From a virus (Duplodnaviria; Heunggongvirae; Uroviricota; Caudoviricetes), in the IMG/VR virus record IMGVR_UViG_3300031998_000007: DNA of 64,000 bases. One strand, given 5' to 3'. Under the pieces are notes generated by a model, which saw nothing but the letters and a program-made list of their open reading frames with translations, was not told the DNA's origin and made no database searches. A program made the translations under genes and the position numbers. Of the stretch, positions 1 to 11,000 are shown piece by piece. Numbering within the stretch: the first letter of the stretch is position 1; every line of letters begins with the position of its first letter.

Positions 1-385
1 CCGGGCACTCGTAATCGGGGCCGCTCCCATCGGTCGGGTGGAACAGGTATTGCGTTTCCGCCCCGCCCGTCCCGGTCTTGATAGTCATTTCGCCAAGCAC
101 CCACTCGTCAACATAGCCAGGAAGCATCGCGTTAGGCACCTTGCCGGACTGGTCCAGCATGGCGACGCGGGAAAACGGCAACCGCAGCGTCCCGTGGTCT
201 TCCGGGTCGGTAGCACCGTCCACAGGCTTGCAGTCAAGGGGAATCCACCAGTTGGCGCTCCACGGCTGGTCATTGTCGGGCCAGTCGTTCTGGAGGCGGT
301 CGATGTTTACGTCCGGGTCTACGTCACCGTTCCTGGCAAACTCGTCAAGTTCAATGATGCGCTTGTTAATTCCTTTACCTGCCAT
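1..385 (-). CDS. Partial CDS (runs off the window start), probable tail fibre/structural protein N-terminus
   Basis: Hand translation: MAGKGINKRIIELDEF...VAMLDQSGKVPNAMLPGYVDEW..., open to the window edge. The LDxxGKVPxxxLPxYVD motif is typical of phage fibre proteins. Late motif at 411-419. Confidence 0.65.
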   Translation of the reverse strand, partial: MAGKGINKRIIELDEFARNGDVDPDVNIDRLQNDWPDNDQPWSANWWIPLDCKPVDGATDPEDHGTLRLPFSRVAMLDQSGKVPNAMLPGYVDEWVLGEMTIKTGTGGAETQYLFHPTDGSGPDYECP

Positions 386-410
386 TTGGTTACCGTAAGT
401 CTTACATCCG

Positions 411-419
411 TAGTTTATA
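411..419 (-). promoter_or_regulatory. Putative late promoter TATAAACTA
   Basis: Exact motif about 25 nt upstream of the ATG at 385. Confidence 0.75.
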
Positions 420-450
420 GTCTGAAACCTTCCTCCGACCCCCTGGCGGA

Positions 451-459
451 TATAAACTA
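451..459 (+). promoter_or_regulatory. Putative late promoter TATAAACTA
   Basis: Exact motif about 28 nt upstream of the ATG at 488; back-to-back with 411-419. Confidence 0.75.
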
Positions 460-487
460 GGGACAGTAACTAGAATTGACGGAACCA

Positions 488-3400
488 ATGGCCAGCATCG
501 ATCTGTGGATTGGCGGAAACGCCACTTTTGAAGACCTCCCAAAGGCGGGCGACGCAGTGCTGCGTAGCGGCACCGATACCGACGTGTCGGTAGCCTGGCC
601 CAGCGACCGGCTCCCCATGGGTTCCGTACAGCCATACTACGTCTGCATGACGTTCCGCCGGCGCACTACCGGCTCCATCGGCAGCCGCAAGGCCGCCCTC
701 AAATTCGCCGCGATGCCGGAAAGTATCGACGACGGAAAATTCCTGAAATTCAACTTCGCAATCGCCGCCCACAGCAACGGCACGCTCCTTGACCGCCCGT
801 TCACCGTAAACGTGTCCATCGACGGCACATACCGCAAGGAACCGTTCACGGTCAATCCCCAGCAGTCGGTAACAATCACCCTGCCTGTGGACGACATGGG
901 CGCAACCGCGGAAGGCATCTTCTTCGACATCATCGACGTTCCCGATACGGTCGAACTATATGCGGTGGCCAACGGGTTCCAGATAGTCGATGCGGCGGAA
1001 GACACTGTCACTACCGACTTCAACGCGGAAACCTGGCTCGGCCATTACATCTCCGGGTTCAAGAGCGAATATGACGCGGAAAGCGACCGCATCGCCAGCT
1101 ACGTCAACTGGCCGCAGAGCGACATCATCGTCAAGGACAACGGCAACATCGAGATTAGCCCTATCGGGTTCCCGGAAGTGAACCAGTCCGGCGTCCCGAA
1201 CGAGCCGACATGCAGCGACGACTACGACCGCGCAAACAACCCGCCGTTCGTCAAGCAGTCATACGGCGTCAAGTACGAAAACACGCAGGCGGACATCGTG
1301 TTCCGCCAGACAGTCCGTTACTCGGACGGCAAGTTCCGCATCCCGGTGGAAAGCATCGACAAGGTGGACGACAAGCTGATGTTCACCCTTCTCGGCGATT
1401 TCAGCGCAACCGCGCCCGCCATAGACCGCCTCACCCCGGTCGCAGCGCCCGGTTCCGACATCGAAGGAACCGCCCTGCAAGTAACCGTGGCGGAAGTCGA
1501 GCAGGTCGCCTACGACGCGACTACCGATACCACGACCTTCCTCATCGACATCCCCGCCGGATGCACGGTGACGCATGTTGGCCGCGACACGGTCGATGTC
1601 GAAATAGGTGTCGGCGACGATACAGTCGTGTCGCTCACCGCACAGAACACCGGAAACGGCGTTTACTCGCTCACGAAGGACGCAGACACCGATACATACA
1701 GCTTTATCCGAATCTCCGACATGCCGCAGGACATTATCGACGGGACGATGCAGGACCAGTATGTCGAAATTGACGACATGTCCAACCCCGAGCATAACCC
1801 GTTTGCCGATCCGCGAGTGGACGACAACGTCTGGGCATGCAACGGCGTGAAGAACATCCCGCACTTCCGCAAGGGTTACAGCGACAAGGAAGTGTTCGGG
1901 TTCGTCCAGGACAGCACGGAAGGAATTTCCAAGAACGCATACAGCACGGAACGCGATGCCGGCGCCTTCGTGAACTGGTTCCTCTATCCGGGCTCCACCC
2001 CGTTCACCAACGCCAAGGGTTCCGTGGTGAACATCGAGAACTTCGGCCTCGGCGGCTACTACACCGGAGAAACCGGCGCAGCGGTTACCGCGGAGATGGA
2101 CGACGGCACCCCCGCATACGAGCAGGAACCCAGCCACCCGGTAATCCACTGGGGCTACGGCTCCAACAGCGACGCCAAGGTGGACATGACCAACGAGCCC
2201 GCCCTCCCGAGGGACTGGCCGTTTACCGGCGCGTCAAAATACGACCCATCGGACAACCCGAAGGGCGTGTTCAGCGACGTTAAAAGCAACAACAGTATTA
2301 CGTTATTGCGCGAGGGAGCACATATACCGGGTGACGCATACCCGGTAGGCAACCTCGACTACGAAGAAGACGACGGGGAAGGCAATATCGACCGGTACGA
2401 GTGCAACCGCCATGTGGTCACCATCTATAACGAGCTCAAGCCGAAAGACGACAATGCACCGATCATCGTTAAACCGACCTTCATCCACATCCCAGCCCCG
2501 CTCTCCACGAAGGATGGCGACACTTGCGAGATTGAAGTCGCACTTGAAAACCTCAGTTTTGAACAGGCATTCAGACGAGGAAATGTCCAGGACCTCAGTG
2601 GCTACTATGCGCTCATCACCCAGCCGCGCGTTTACGTGTGCGGCGGATTCCAGGAATTTTCGACCACCCGCTACCCGATTACTGACCTCAACATCGGTTC
2701 TGGTTCGTTCACCTTCAAGACCACGGAAGCAATCCGCGACCTGAACGGGGAGCCGATTGTCCACAACCCGGACAAGGAAGGCGACCACGACAGCGTGACC
2801 GGCGTCTCCCTCCCGGTACGCATTCACCTGACCAACTCTGCGATGGAACCGGCTGAAGCATGGGTAGATGGCATAGCCACGGCAGAAACTTACCCGAGCG
2901 ACGAAGACCCGGCCCCGACCACGATTACGGTCAACGGGGACTTCCCGTGGAGCGTTTCCGACCGTCGGTTCGACATCGGCAACGTAGCCGTATGTGGCGT
3001 CGTGTTTGTCCGTCTCAACCAGGAAGTTGACTGCAATAACCCATCCACATTAAATACCGGCATTCGCACGAGAACCCCGGAATTGCTGGCAGACGATGCT
3101 GGCAATGGCGAAGAGGGTACGCTCCAACAATACAACCGTCTCTTCTCCCTCTCCGACGATTCGACCGACACTACCCGAACACATTTCCCTGGAGGTGACA
3201 AGCGTTACCTTCTCGCCACAGTATTCCAGGGCGCAACCAATACGTTCCAGTGGAAACTCAGCGGAAGAAAGCGCCTCAATTCCATCGCGGAAGCAATGAC
3301 AATGTGGGCCGATGAAGGCACTGACTCCATCACGGACCGCGCATGGCGAGCCAACTATGACCTCATCCACCACCCGGCAAACCCCGGTGACTTCGATGAT

Positions 3401-5596
3401 TTCTCCCGTATTACCCACAAGGACGGCGTTCTCGCTTTCGGTGTGGACGATGTCCCACTCACCTACGCAGCAGGCGCCGGTGACCGCGACGATGGCGACA
3501 ACCATGCGGGCCCTGCTGGAAGCGAGAGCGCAATCGCTTACCGCCTCCGCGTGAAGATGCCCGCAACAAACAAGGAGACGGTGCCCGATGTTTCTGGCAA
3601 CCCGGTTCGCCAGGCAGCAAAGGCATACCAGCAGCTAATCGAAGACTTCTCCAAGCTCCGTCTCCGGCTGAGCTACAATCCAGTATTCTCGTCGGAAGAA
3701 ACCGCGATCGATGTCGGCATCGAACCGCAAGGCGCGTTCCCAGAAAATGGAAACTTCTTCAAACGCGACTCAAACGTCACAAACGATTACGACACCTTCG
3801 TACTCGACGGTGTCGGCGATGACATGTGGCTCTACAAACCCAAGACAATGCCGTCACTCCTAGTCAACGCATTCTTCGACTACGAGGCAGCTTCTGCTTC
3901 CCCAGCATGGGAAGGGTTCCGTGCACCGTTCCGCGACTACATTGACAAACTGCCATACTACAAGGATGCGACACTCTATTCAATCCCAAAGGAAACCGCA
4001 GCCCCGATCGATGACGACATCGGTATGCCAGGTACTCAGTATGAGCCGTGCAACCGCAGTCTCGTGGAAGTAGTCGCCGACATGCTGACGAAGGATGACC
4101 GGATCAAAAACAAGACAATCGCCGTCATGCTTGACGACCTCCGCCGGCTTGCCGACCTGCAAACAGTTGACTACGCAGAAGACTTGCGCGAATTTGACCG
4201 CGCCGTAGGCAACTATGGGTCTGCGCAAATTTTCTGCCCATTCGTTGAAATGATTTCGCTTGATAGTGTCGAAGCACCACGCATCTCAGTCGGCACAGCG
4301 GAAGAACTTTCGAGTGCGCAGCATGAACTTCTCCCGGCTGACGTCATCCGGCAATATGGGTGGGCTACCGGCAGCAGCACGCCGTTCATTTCCGAGTTCC
4401 AGCCGAACGAGACCGCCCATTCCGGTGCGCTCGCCGATCTAATCAAAACGTATCTCCCGTTACAGCAGTCCAAGTTCGGCCGTCGTTTCTACTCGTCCAA
4501 CAGGGTTGTCGTCAACGGTAGCACCATCACCGATCCAAACGTCTATGACCGTTACAAACTGGAAGCCGAACTCTCCGCAGGCAGCGATGGCGACCGCATG
4601 AACCGGTTCGTCTGCGATAATTTTATCAAAAATCCGCAAAGTGACAATCCCGACACTTCATTCGACCCGAACGCCGACTGGTTCACAATCAATGAAAACC
4701 AGGTAATCGCTTCACTGTCAAGTGCCCCGTATATGTGGGTCAACTACAATGACGAAGACCTGAAACCAGAGTTCAAGAACCAGGCGACATACACCCGTGT
4801 CTATATGAGCTTTACGTTCTCCGCTAAGCTCGGGCGCTGGCTCACGACTGGCTACCGTCAATACCCGTCCACCTACCTCACCCCACTCTACGGCAACCGG
4901 GCGCTCTCGGAAAAGCTCCCGACCGCGGAAGGCGAGCACGAAATCTGGGCAAATTCCGCATGCGACAACATTTCAAACTCATACAAGGGTCTTGAATTTG
5001 TCCCATACGGCATGATTTCCCCGATGGACATTCATGTCTCCTGCATCCCGGCTCTTTACAAAGATAACCCGTTCCTCGATACGGGCGTCCTCAACCCGGA
5101 CCTCGCTAACGACGTGGACAAGGAGGCGTCATCCGGCCCGAAGGCTACCCTCATGGCCAGGCTGCGCAAGCCGTATGCGTCGGTCAAGGAAGGTGGCATT
5201 GGCCTGAACATCCCGTGCAATGTGAACGGCGAACACAATGACGTTATTGAGAAATCTAATTATTCAAAGGTCGAACATGCGAACATCTGGAGTGTCCGCA
5301 AGTATATCCGTCCGGCAACCGGCGCCCTCGGAAGGAAGGGCGTAATCGACATACCGGGTCTCGAAGGATATGACGACGGCAGCATCGGCAGTCCAGGCCT
5401 CTACAACATGTTCGACTGGCCGGCACGCAACGTCACTCGCTACGCGCTTCCCGACCAGCACTCGCCGACAGACGACCGCACGTCCCCGACGCTCATGTGG
5501 GCGCTGCCCGGAGGAGAAACCGGAGGCCGCCTGATGGCACGCACCGGAGGCGAGGACCACCCGATCGGGCACGTCACCCCGTCCATGTTGGAATAA
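488..5596 (+). CDS. Large acidic hypothetical protein (~1700 aa), probably virion structural
   Basis: Long D/P/T/N-rich ORF with a late motif upstream and a terminator downstream; no recognisable catalytic motif. Confidence 0.7.
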   Translation: MASIDLWIGGNATFEDLPKAGDAVLRSGTDTDVSVAWPSDRLPMGSVQPYYVCMTFRRRTTGSIGSRKAALKFAAMPESIDDGKFLKFNFAIAAHSNGTLLDRPFTVNVSIDGTYRKEPFTVNPQQSVTITLPVDDMGATAEGIFFDIIDVPDTVELYAVANGFQIVDAAEDTVTTDFNAETWLGHYISGFKSEYDAESDRIASYVNWPQSDIIVKDNGNIEISPIGFPEVNQSGVPNEPTCSDDYDRANNPPFVKQSYGVKYENTQADIVFRQTVRYSDGKFRIPVESIDKVDDKLMFTLLGDFSATAPAIDRLTPVAAPGSDIEGTALQVTVAEVEQVAYDATTDTTTFLIDIPAGCTVTHVGRDTVDVEIGVGDDTVVSLTAQNTGNGVYSLTKDADTDTYSFIRISDMPQDIIDGTMQDQYVEIDDMSNPEHNPFADPRVDDNVWACNGVKNIPHFRKGYSDKEVFGFVQDSTEGISKNAYSTERDAGAFVNWFLYPGSTPFTNAKGSVVNIENFGLGGYYTGETGAAVTAEMDDGTPAYEQEPSHPVIHWGYGSNSDAKVDMTNEPALPRDWPFTGASKYDPSDNPKGVFSDVKSNNSITLLREGAHIPGDAYPVGNLDYEEDDGEGNIDRYECNRHVVTIYNELKPKDDNAPIIVKPTFIHIPAPLSTKDGDTCEIEVALENLSFEQAFRRGNVQDLSGYYALITQPRVYVCGGFQEFSTTRYPITDLNIGSGSFTFKTTEAIRDLNGEPIVHNPDKEGDHDSVTGVSLPVRIHLTNSAMEPAEAWVDGIATAETYPSDEDPAPTTITVNGDFPWSVSDRRFDIGNVAVCGVVFVRLNQEVDCNNPSTLNTGIRTRTPELLADDAGNGEEGTLQQYNRLFSLSDDSTDTTRTHFPGGDKRYLLATVFQGATNTFQWKLSGRKRLNSIAEAMTMWADEGTDSITDRAWRANYDLIHHPANPGDFDDFSRITHKDGVLAFGVDDVPLTYAAGAGDRDDGDNHAGPAGSESAIAYRLRVKMPATNKETVPDVSGNPVRQAAKAYQQLIEDFSKLRLRLSYNPVFSSEETAIDVGIEPQGAFPENGNFFKRDSNVTNDYDTFVLDGVGDDMWLYKPKTMPSLLVNAFFDYEAASASPAWEGFRAPFRDYIDKLPYYKDATLYSIPKETAAPIDDDIGMPGTQYEPCNRSLVEVVADMLTKDDRIKNKTIAVMLDDLRRLADLQTVDYAEDLREFDRAVGNYGSAQIFCPFVEMISLDSVEAPRISVGTAEELSSAQHELLPADVIRQYGWATGSSTPFISEFQPNETAHSGALADLIKTYLPLQQSKFGRRFYSSNRVVVNGSTITDPNVYDRYKLEAELSAGSDGDRMNRFVCDNFIKNPQSDNPDTSFDPNADWFTINENQVIASLSSAPYMWVNYNDEDLKPEFKNQATYTRVYMSFTFSAKLGRWLTTGYRQYPSTYLTPLYGNRALSEKLPTAEGEHEIWANSACDNISNSYKGLEFVPYGMISPMDIHVSCIPALYKDNPFLDTGVLNPDLANDVDKEASSGPKATLMARLRKPYASVKEGGIGLNIPCNVNGEHNDVIEKSNYSKVEHANIWSVRKYIRPATGALGRKGVIDIPGLEGYDDGSIGSPGLYNMFDWPARNVTRYALPDQHSPTDDRTSPTLMWALPGGETGGRLMARTGGEDHPIGHVTPSMLE

Positions 5597-5602
5597 GAAA
5601 AT

Positions 5603-5633
5603 GGCGTCCGCGACCGCGGGCGCCTTTCCTTTC
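5603..5633 (+). terminator. Intrinsic terminator
   Basis: GGCGTCCGC-gacc-GCGGGCGCC stem followed by TTTCCTTTC, just after the stop codon. Confidence 0.7.
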
Positions 5634-5679
5634 TGCACCAAATTATCCTAAACTTTTCTTGAACAGCCGAGCGGTGATT

Positions 5680-6072
5680 ATGAGCGCTGCATGCAAGAAG
5701 CCATTCAAACGGAAACGTTTCAGCAAGCCACAGCAGATGAAGACCAAGTTCCGGTCGTCTGCCCGGTGGACCAAGTTCCGCAAGAAACTCAAGGCGATGC
5801 AGGTCCTTGACCCCGTCACCGGGGCAGAACTCGACAGCAAATACACTGTGCATCACCTGGACATGGATGAGCTCAACTACTGCAACCTCGACCACCCGGA
5901 AAACTTCATCTGCCTCAACGAGACATCGCACTCGATGGTGCACTTTCTCCGGGACTCCGCGCGCGGCTGGCGCTATGCAATCATGGCCCTCATCAAGATA
6001 ATGAAGCACATGGACCGCATAGCCGCACAGAAGCAGGCCAAGGAGCTCGCGAAGGAACGGGCGGTAGCCTAA
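5680..6072 (+). CDS. HNH endonuclease-like protein
   Basis: Basic N-terminus with RWTKFR; VHHLD...ENFICLNETSHSMVH fits the HNH pattern. Confidence 0.7.
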   Translation: MSAACKKPFKRKRFSKPQQMKTKFRSSARWTKFRKKLKAMQVLDPVTGAELDSKYTVHHLDMDELNYCNLDHPENFICLNETSHSMVHFLRDSARGWRYAIMALIKIMKHMDRIAAQKQAKELAKERAVA

Positions 6073-6839
6073 ACCTTCTTACGGTTTTGACAATGGGCGC
6101 GGTAGGTTTCTGACGCGTTCATTGCAATCTTCTGCCAGTCCCCGCTTTTCAGCAATTCCCGGCACGTCGGCCCAATTTCGTGATAGCCGCACTCGACGAT
6201 GGACTTCCCGAATTCGTTGAACGGGCTGCGCTCCGACACGACACAGCATCCGCCCGAAACTGCACGGAACAGCCTGACCTGCTCCTGGCAATGGTAGTTC
6301 TCGTTGGCATGGATATTCAAGAAAATCTTGGATCTGGAAATGAGCTCGTCCAGCATCAAGCCCGAGACCCCGGTCCCCAGAATCGTAGTGAACCGATACT
6401 GGAAGCGCGACATCATCAGCTGCAACATCTGCAGACGGTAGGTTGACGGAAACCCGACAAACAGGATGTCGATGTCCCTGTCCTCCGGGCGCCTCATGTT
6501 TACCTGCGTCCTGTCGGTAAACGAAAGCGGGACGTATTTCGGGTGGAACCCATACTTCTCCATGTATGCCTTGTTGCCAAGGTCGAACTCCCACACCTCG
6601 TCGGCCTTCTTGAGCCAGTCACCGCATCTGCCGTTAATCACAGGGGAACCGTCATAAAGCTGTTCAAGCTGATACACCACTATCTTTTTTCCGGGGTTGT
6701 CCGCACGGACATGCTCGATAGTGCAGCCTGCCGGTGCCGCATGGTAGCCCAGCACGACCACAATATCATCCTTCACCCACGTTTCAAGCCACCTGGCCAC
6801 GTCGTGAAACACGATCTTATTGAAAATGACACACTTCAT
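6069..6839 (-). CDS. Glycosyltransferase-like protein (GT-B, Glyco_trans_1_2-like C-terminus)
   Basis: DIDILFVG...YRLQML...SKIFLNIH...EQVRLFRAVSGGCCVVSE; alternative start at 6845. Confidence 0.7.
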   Translation of the reverse strand: MKCVIFNKIVFHDVARWLETWVKDDIVVVLGYHAAPAGCTIEHVRADNPGKKIVVYQLEQLYDGSPVINGRCGDWLKKADEVWEFDLGNKAYMEKYGFHPKYVPLSFTDRTQVNMRRPEDRDIDILFVGFPSTYRLQMLQLMMSRFQYRFTTILGTGVSGLMLDELISRSKIFLNIHANENYHCQEQVRLFRAVSGGCCVVSERSPFNEFGKSIVECGYHEIGPTCRELLKSGDWQKIAMNASETYRAHCQNRKKV

Positions 6840-6845
6840 GTACAT

Positions 6846-6858
6846 AAATATAGAAATT
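6846..6858 (-). promoter_or_regulatory. Putative class-II (early/host-type) promoter AATTTCTATATTT
   Basis: AT-rich motif that recurs before non-structural genes. Confidence 0.55.
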
Positions 6859-6871
6859 TTCCGACCCAACC

Positions 6872-6880
6872 TATAAACTA
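6872..6880 (+). promoter_or_regulatory. Putative late promoter TATAAACTA
   Basis: Exact motif about 29 nt upstream of the ATG at 6910. Confidence 0.75.
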
Positions 6881-6909
6881 TTGGTCAAACACTACATCCG
6901 AGGACTAAA

Positions 6910-7911
6910 ATGGATACAAGGAATTTCTTCGCCGGAATGGGCAAGCTCCAGGCTCTTACGCAGAACCCGGCCGACAAGCAGAAGCTCGAAGCAATCGCCG
7001 GCATCGTTGGCGGCGCATTGTTCGAGGGAGTTCAGCCGAAGACCGGTGCCGGCAAGTTCATGAACTATCTCGGCATGTGCGAAAGCCAGGCCAAGACACC
7101 GCAAGATGTCGCATCAATCAACCTCGTCCGCGGAAGGGTGTTGATCGAAGCAGCGACCGAAGGTGACGGCGGAGAAGGCCGCACCGACGTGAACGAAATC
7201 ATCAAGAAGCCGGTCGAGCAGATTGTCGCGATCCTCAACGCCAACAAGGACAACGCGAAGCTCATCATCAACACCGCGTTCAAGGACTACCAGGCCGGCG
7301 TAAAGCAGGCTGCTGCCGACGCAAAGAAGGCCGAAAAGGAACAGAAGGTAGCCGCGCAGAACGAAGCCGACCAGAAGACCATCGACGCCAACAAGTCCCG
7401 CACCGACAAGGTGAAGGACATCAAGGAACGCCAGGCCACCGAAGCCAAGCCGGCAGTTGACGAAAACAAGATCAAGGCCGACGCTGTCGCCGAAATCACC
7501 GAAAAGTACAAGAAGGCACGCCCGGAACTCTTCGGCGAAGACGGCAAGCCGAAGGACGAAAGCACAGCCAAGGTCATCGAAGACCGCGCATCCCAGTTGG
7601 CTGCCAAGAAGATCAAGGAAGCCGGAAGCAACAAGCCCGAAGTTGACGAAGACATCGCCGCCCTCGACAAGGCCGAAATCGCCAAGAACACTGTCGGCAT
7701 CAAGGACCGTGCAAAGTCCCTCGCTGCCCATACCCGCCAGGCCCTCCGCCAGAACAAGGGTCTCGGTGGCAAGCTCGCAGGCGTGTTCCGCGGTGCAAAG
7801 CAGGCTCTCCTGGGTGAAGGCATCGACCAGGAAACCGTCGCCAAGCTCAGCGGCCCGGAAGCCATTGCCCTCTGCGAAGCCGCAGGCATCAAGGTCCCGG
7901 CGCTCATCTAA
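6910..7911 (+). CDS. K/A/E-rich putative internal head protein with cleavable leaders
   Basis: ALFE|G and VLIE|A near the N-terminus, LGE|G and LCE|A near the C-terminus; helical charged core; late motif upstream. Confidence 0.55.
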   Translation: MDTRNFFAGMGKLQALTQNPADKQKLEAIAGIVGGALFEGVQPKTGAGKFMNYLGMCESQAKTPQDVASINLVRGRVLIEAATEGDGGEGRTDVNEIIKKPVEQIVAILNANKDNAKLIINTAFKDYQAGVKQAAADAKKAEKEQKVAAQNEADQKTIDANKSRTDKVKDIKERQATEAKPAVDENKIKADAVAEITEKYKKARPELFGEDGKPKDESTAKVIEDRASQLAAKKIKEAGSNKPEVDEDIAALDKAEIAKNTVGIKDRAKSLAAHTRQALRQNKGLGGKLAGVFRGAKQALLGEGIDQETVAKLSGPEAIALCEAAGIKVPALI

Positions 7912-7931
7912 CAGGACAATTCCCACTTACG

Positions 7932-7959
7932 AAGCCGACCGAAACACGGTCGGCTTTTT
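7932..7959 (+). terminator. Intrinsic terminator
   Basis: AAGCCGACCG-aaaca-CGGTCGGCTT followed by TTT. Confidence 0.8.
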
Positions 7960-7980
7960 CGTTTGCCCCGGAGCCCGGAC

Positions 7981-7989
7981 TATAAACTA
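7981..7989 (+). promoter_or_regulatory. Putative late promoter TATAAACTA
   Basis: Exact motif between a terminator and the ATG at 8025. Confidence 0.75.
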
Positions 7990-8024
7990 TGGACGAAACT
8001 TTTATTGGCTAGGCAGATACCCGT

Positions 8025-11000
8025 ATGGCAGAGAAACAAGTCCGAATCAAAGATTTACCGCCTTGGAGGGCCGGGTATGTACCGGGCGCCTATGTGGCCC
8101 TGGACAGCCAAATGCAGATTACCGGTAAGGTCACTCTCGACGAGTTCCGCTCATGGATGGGCGGTGGTGGGGGTGTTGACCCGTCCGAACTGAACAAGAA
8201 GGCCGACAAGGTCGGAACTGGCCACAACGGCAAGATGGCGATGTTTGACGCCTACGGCAACCTCGCGGACTCCGGCATCAACAAGTCCGGTGTCCAGACT
8301 GCCGTAAGCTGGGCCCACCAGCACGGAAACCAGAACATCCTTAGCCAAATCACGGCTCCATATCGGACGAACGACGCACAGAAACTCAACGGCATCGAAG
8401 ATGGCGCAAACAAGTATGTCCACCCGACAGCAGATCCGTTCGGTCTCGGCCTTTACAAGGTGGCCCGTGACAACAAGGGGCACATTTCCGCGTATGAAGC
8501 CGTTACCGCGGCGGACCTCGATGCAATCCCCGGTGTAGAAATCACCGACACTACCTACGAAGCAGCCGACGGCATAAAGCTGGACACGTCCGGCAACAAG
8601 AACACCTTCAAGCACACGAACCACGTTTCCCCGGGTCAGACCGGCACGGGAACGGCCACCGAAGGTCCCACAGTCGAAGTTCCCTATGTCAAGTATGACG
8701 ACAACGGCCACATTACCGAAGCCGGGACGCGCACCCATACGGTGACAGGAACCCTCCCGACATCGCAGGCAGCAGACAACATCCTCTCCGCAGACGAGAA
8801 CAACAACGTCTCCTGGCAACAGATTGTCGCCCATGTATTCGGCGAGGCCCCCGACGCGGTATCGCTCTGGCTCTCCTACAAGGGCAAGGAATTTGCCGCA
8901 CGCCGCGCATACGGCGACGAAAGCGGACGCAACATCAAGGAAGCTATCGACGACCGCCCGACACTGGACGCGATGAACACGGCAATCGAACTTGCCCTCG
9001 CGAACTACGGCGGGTTCAAGATTGTCTCCCTCACCAGCACCGAACCGAAGGTTCCCGATGTCCAGGAACCGTCCCCGCGCTTCATCTACCTTACAAAGGA
9101 TTCCCAGTCCACAAAGAAGGACAAATACACGGAATGGATCTGGTCCATCCCGGATGGCAGCGCACAGGGTTCATGGGAAGTCATCGGCGAGACATCCGTT
9201 GACCTTTCCAACTACATCCAGAAGCTCACCAACGCGACTACCGGCAACCTCGTGAAGGTCAAGGCAGACGGCTCCCTCGAAGATGCCGGCGCAAAGGTAA
9301 GCGACTTCGCCACCGCGGCGCAGGGCGCAAAGGCCGACACCGCGGTCCAGGATGTCAGGGTAAACAACCAGACGGTCGTTGGCAACGACAAGATAGCAAA
9401 CATCACAGTCCCGGTCGCCGGAAACAGCGCACCGCTAATGAACGGCGTTTCCTCCGTAGGCACATCCTCCGCGTTCTCGCGCGAGGACCACGTCCACCCG
9501 TCCGACACTACCAAGCAGAACAACCTCCCGACATCCGGGACCCCGTCCGACACATACGCAATCAACATTACCGGTTCCGCACAGACGGCAGAGAACGTCC
9601 ATGACGGCACGCTCTCCATCCAGGTAGGAACCGCTGCGGCGCAGACCTTCTCCGCCAACCAGGCCGACAACGACCCGGTGAGCGTCAGTGTCCCGATGGG
9701 CAAGAGCACCAACGGCGGGGCGACCACATACCAGGAAGGCCTCATCGCGCCAGCCGACTACCAGAAGCTCGACAATCTCCAGGTCAACGACGGCAAGCTG
9801 AAAGTCAAGCTCGGTAGCGCCCAGTCGGCATCCAACCTTTTCAGCGCCAACCAGAGTTCCGACGCAACGCTCGAAGTACCGCTCGCCTCCCATGTGACCG
9901 AGAACGACTCGACCACATATACGGAAGGCCTCATGACCGGCGAGGACAAGGAAAAGCTCGACGAGTTGAAGAACTTCTCCAAGGTCACCGTCGATACGGA
10001 CGGAACCCCGGCGGGCGAAGTTGACATCGAGCCGTCCGACGAAAAGTCCACGCTCCGCCTGAAAGCAGGCAACAACGTCGTCCTTACCGCGGACCCGAAC
10101 ACGAACGAGGTGGAAATCTCGGCACAGGGCGGCTCCCAGGCAGTCCCGGTCTCCGTCAGCGCAGGCCGCGGCGTTTCCGTGACCGAATACACCGACTACA
10201 CCGGCGCAAAGGACTTCGAAGTTTCTCTGGACCATGCAATCGGCTATCTCGGGGGTGACGCCGGCGTCATCAACGTCTCCGCCTCCCCGACCAACCTCAT
10301 CACCAGTTCGATGGTGATAAAGCTGGATTCCGCCAACGACAGGTTCCTGTTTGCCGAAGATCCGAACACCCACCAGATGTGCGTGTTCGCCCTCAAGACC
10401 ATCCCGAACTCCGACCCGCAGCTGAACGACGGCGTTGACGGCGTTGACCTCTTCGAGCTCACCTATGATGTCCGCCTTGAACGTACACGGAGCACGGGCT
10501 TCTACGGGTTCGGCGACATTTCCGTCCAGCGCGTCCTCTCCGGCAGCTCCAACGAAGGGCTGGAACTTCACCACATGTCATACCCGGCGGAAGTCAGCAT
10601 GTGCTCGCTTACGGGCACAGTTACCATCTCCAACAACTCCGGTAAGGACTTCACCATCAACGGCAAGGTGTACCATGCCTACATGCTCACCTATGCCGGC
10701 GACGTCTCGGCCACGGGCGACGTCATCCTTCTGTTCCCGCGCATCGCGGTGAAGGAATACATGTCCGGCACCGCAGAATACGACAGCTCCCAGAGCACCC
10801 AGTACAACAGCGGTATCGCCACGACGGTCGATGCAAGCAACCACAACATCAACGTGAACATTGGCAAGGGTCTTGAAGCCGACGGCAACAACAACCTCCA
10901 AGTCAAGGTGAAGGCTGGCGGTGGCATCATCATCGACCCGACTGACGGCGTGTCAGTCGTCCTTGCAGGAACCGCGCAGGAAGCGGTCGAAATCGCCAAG

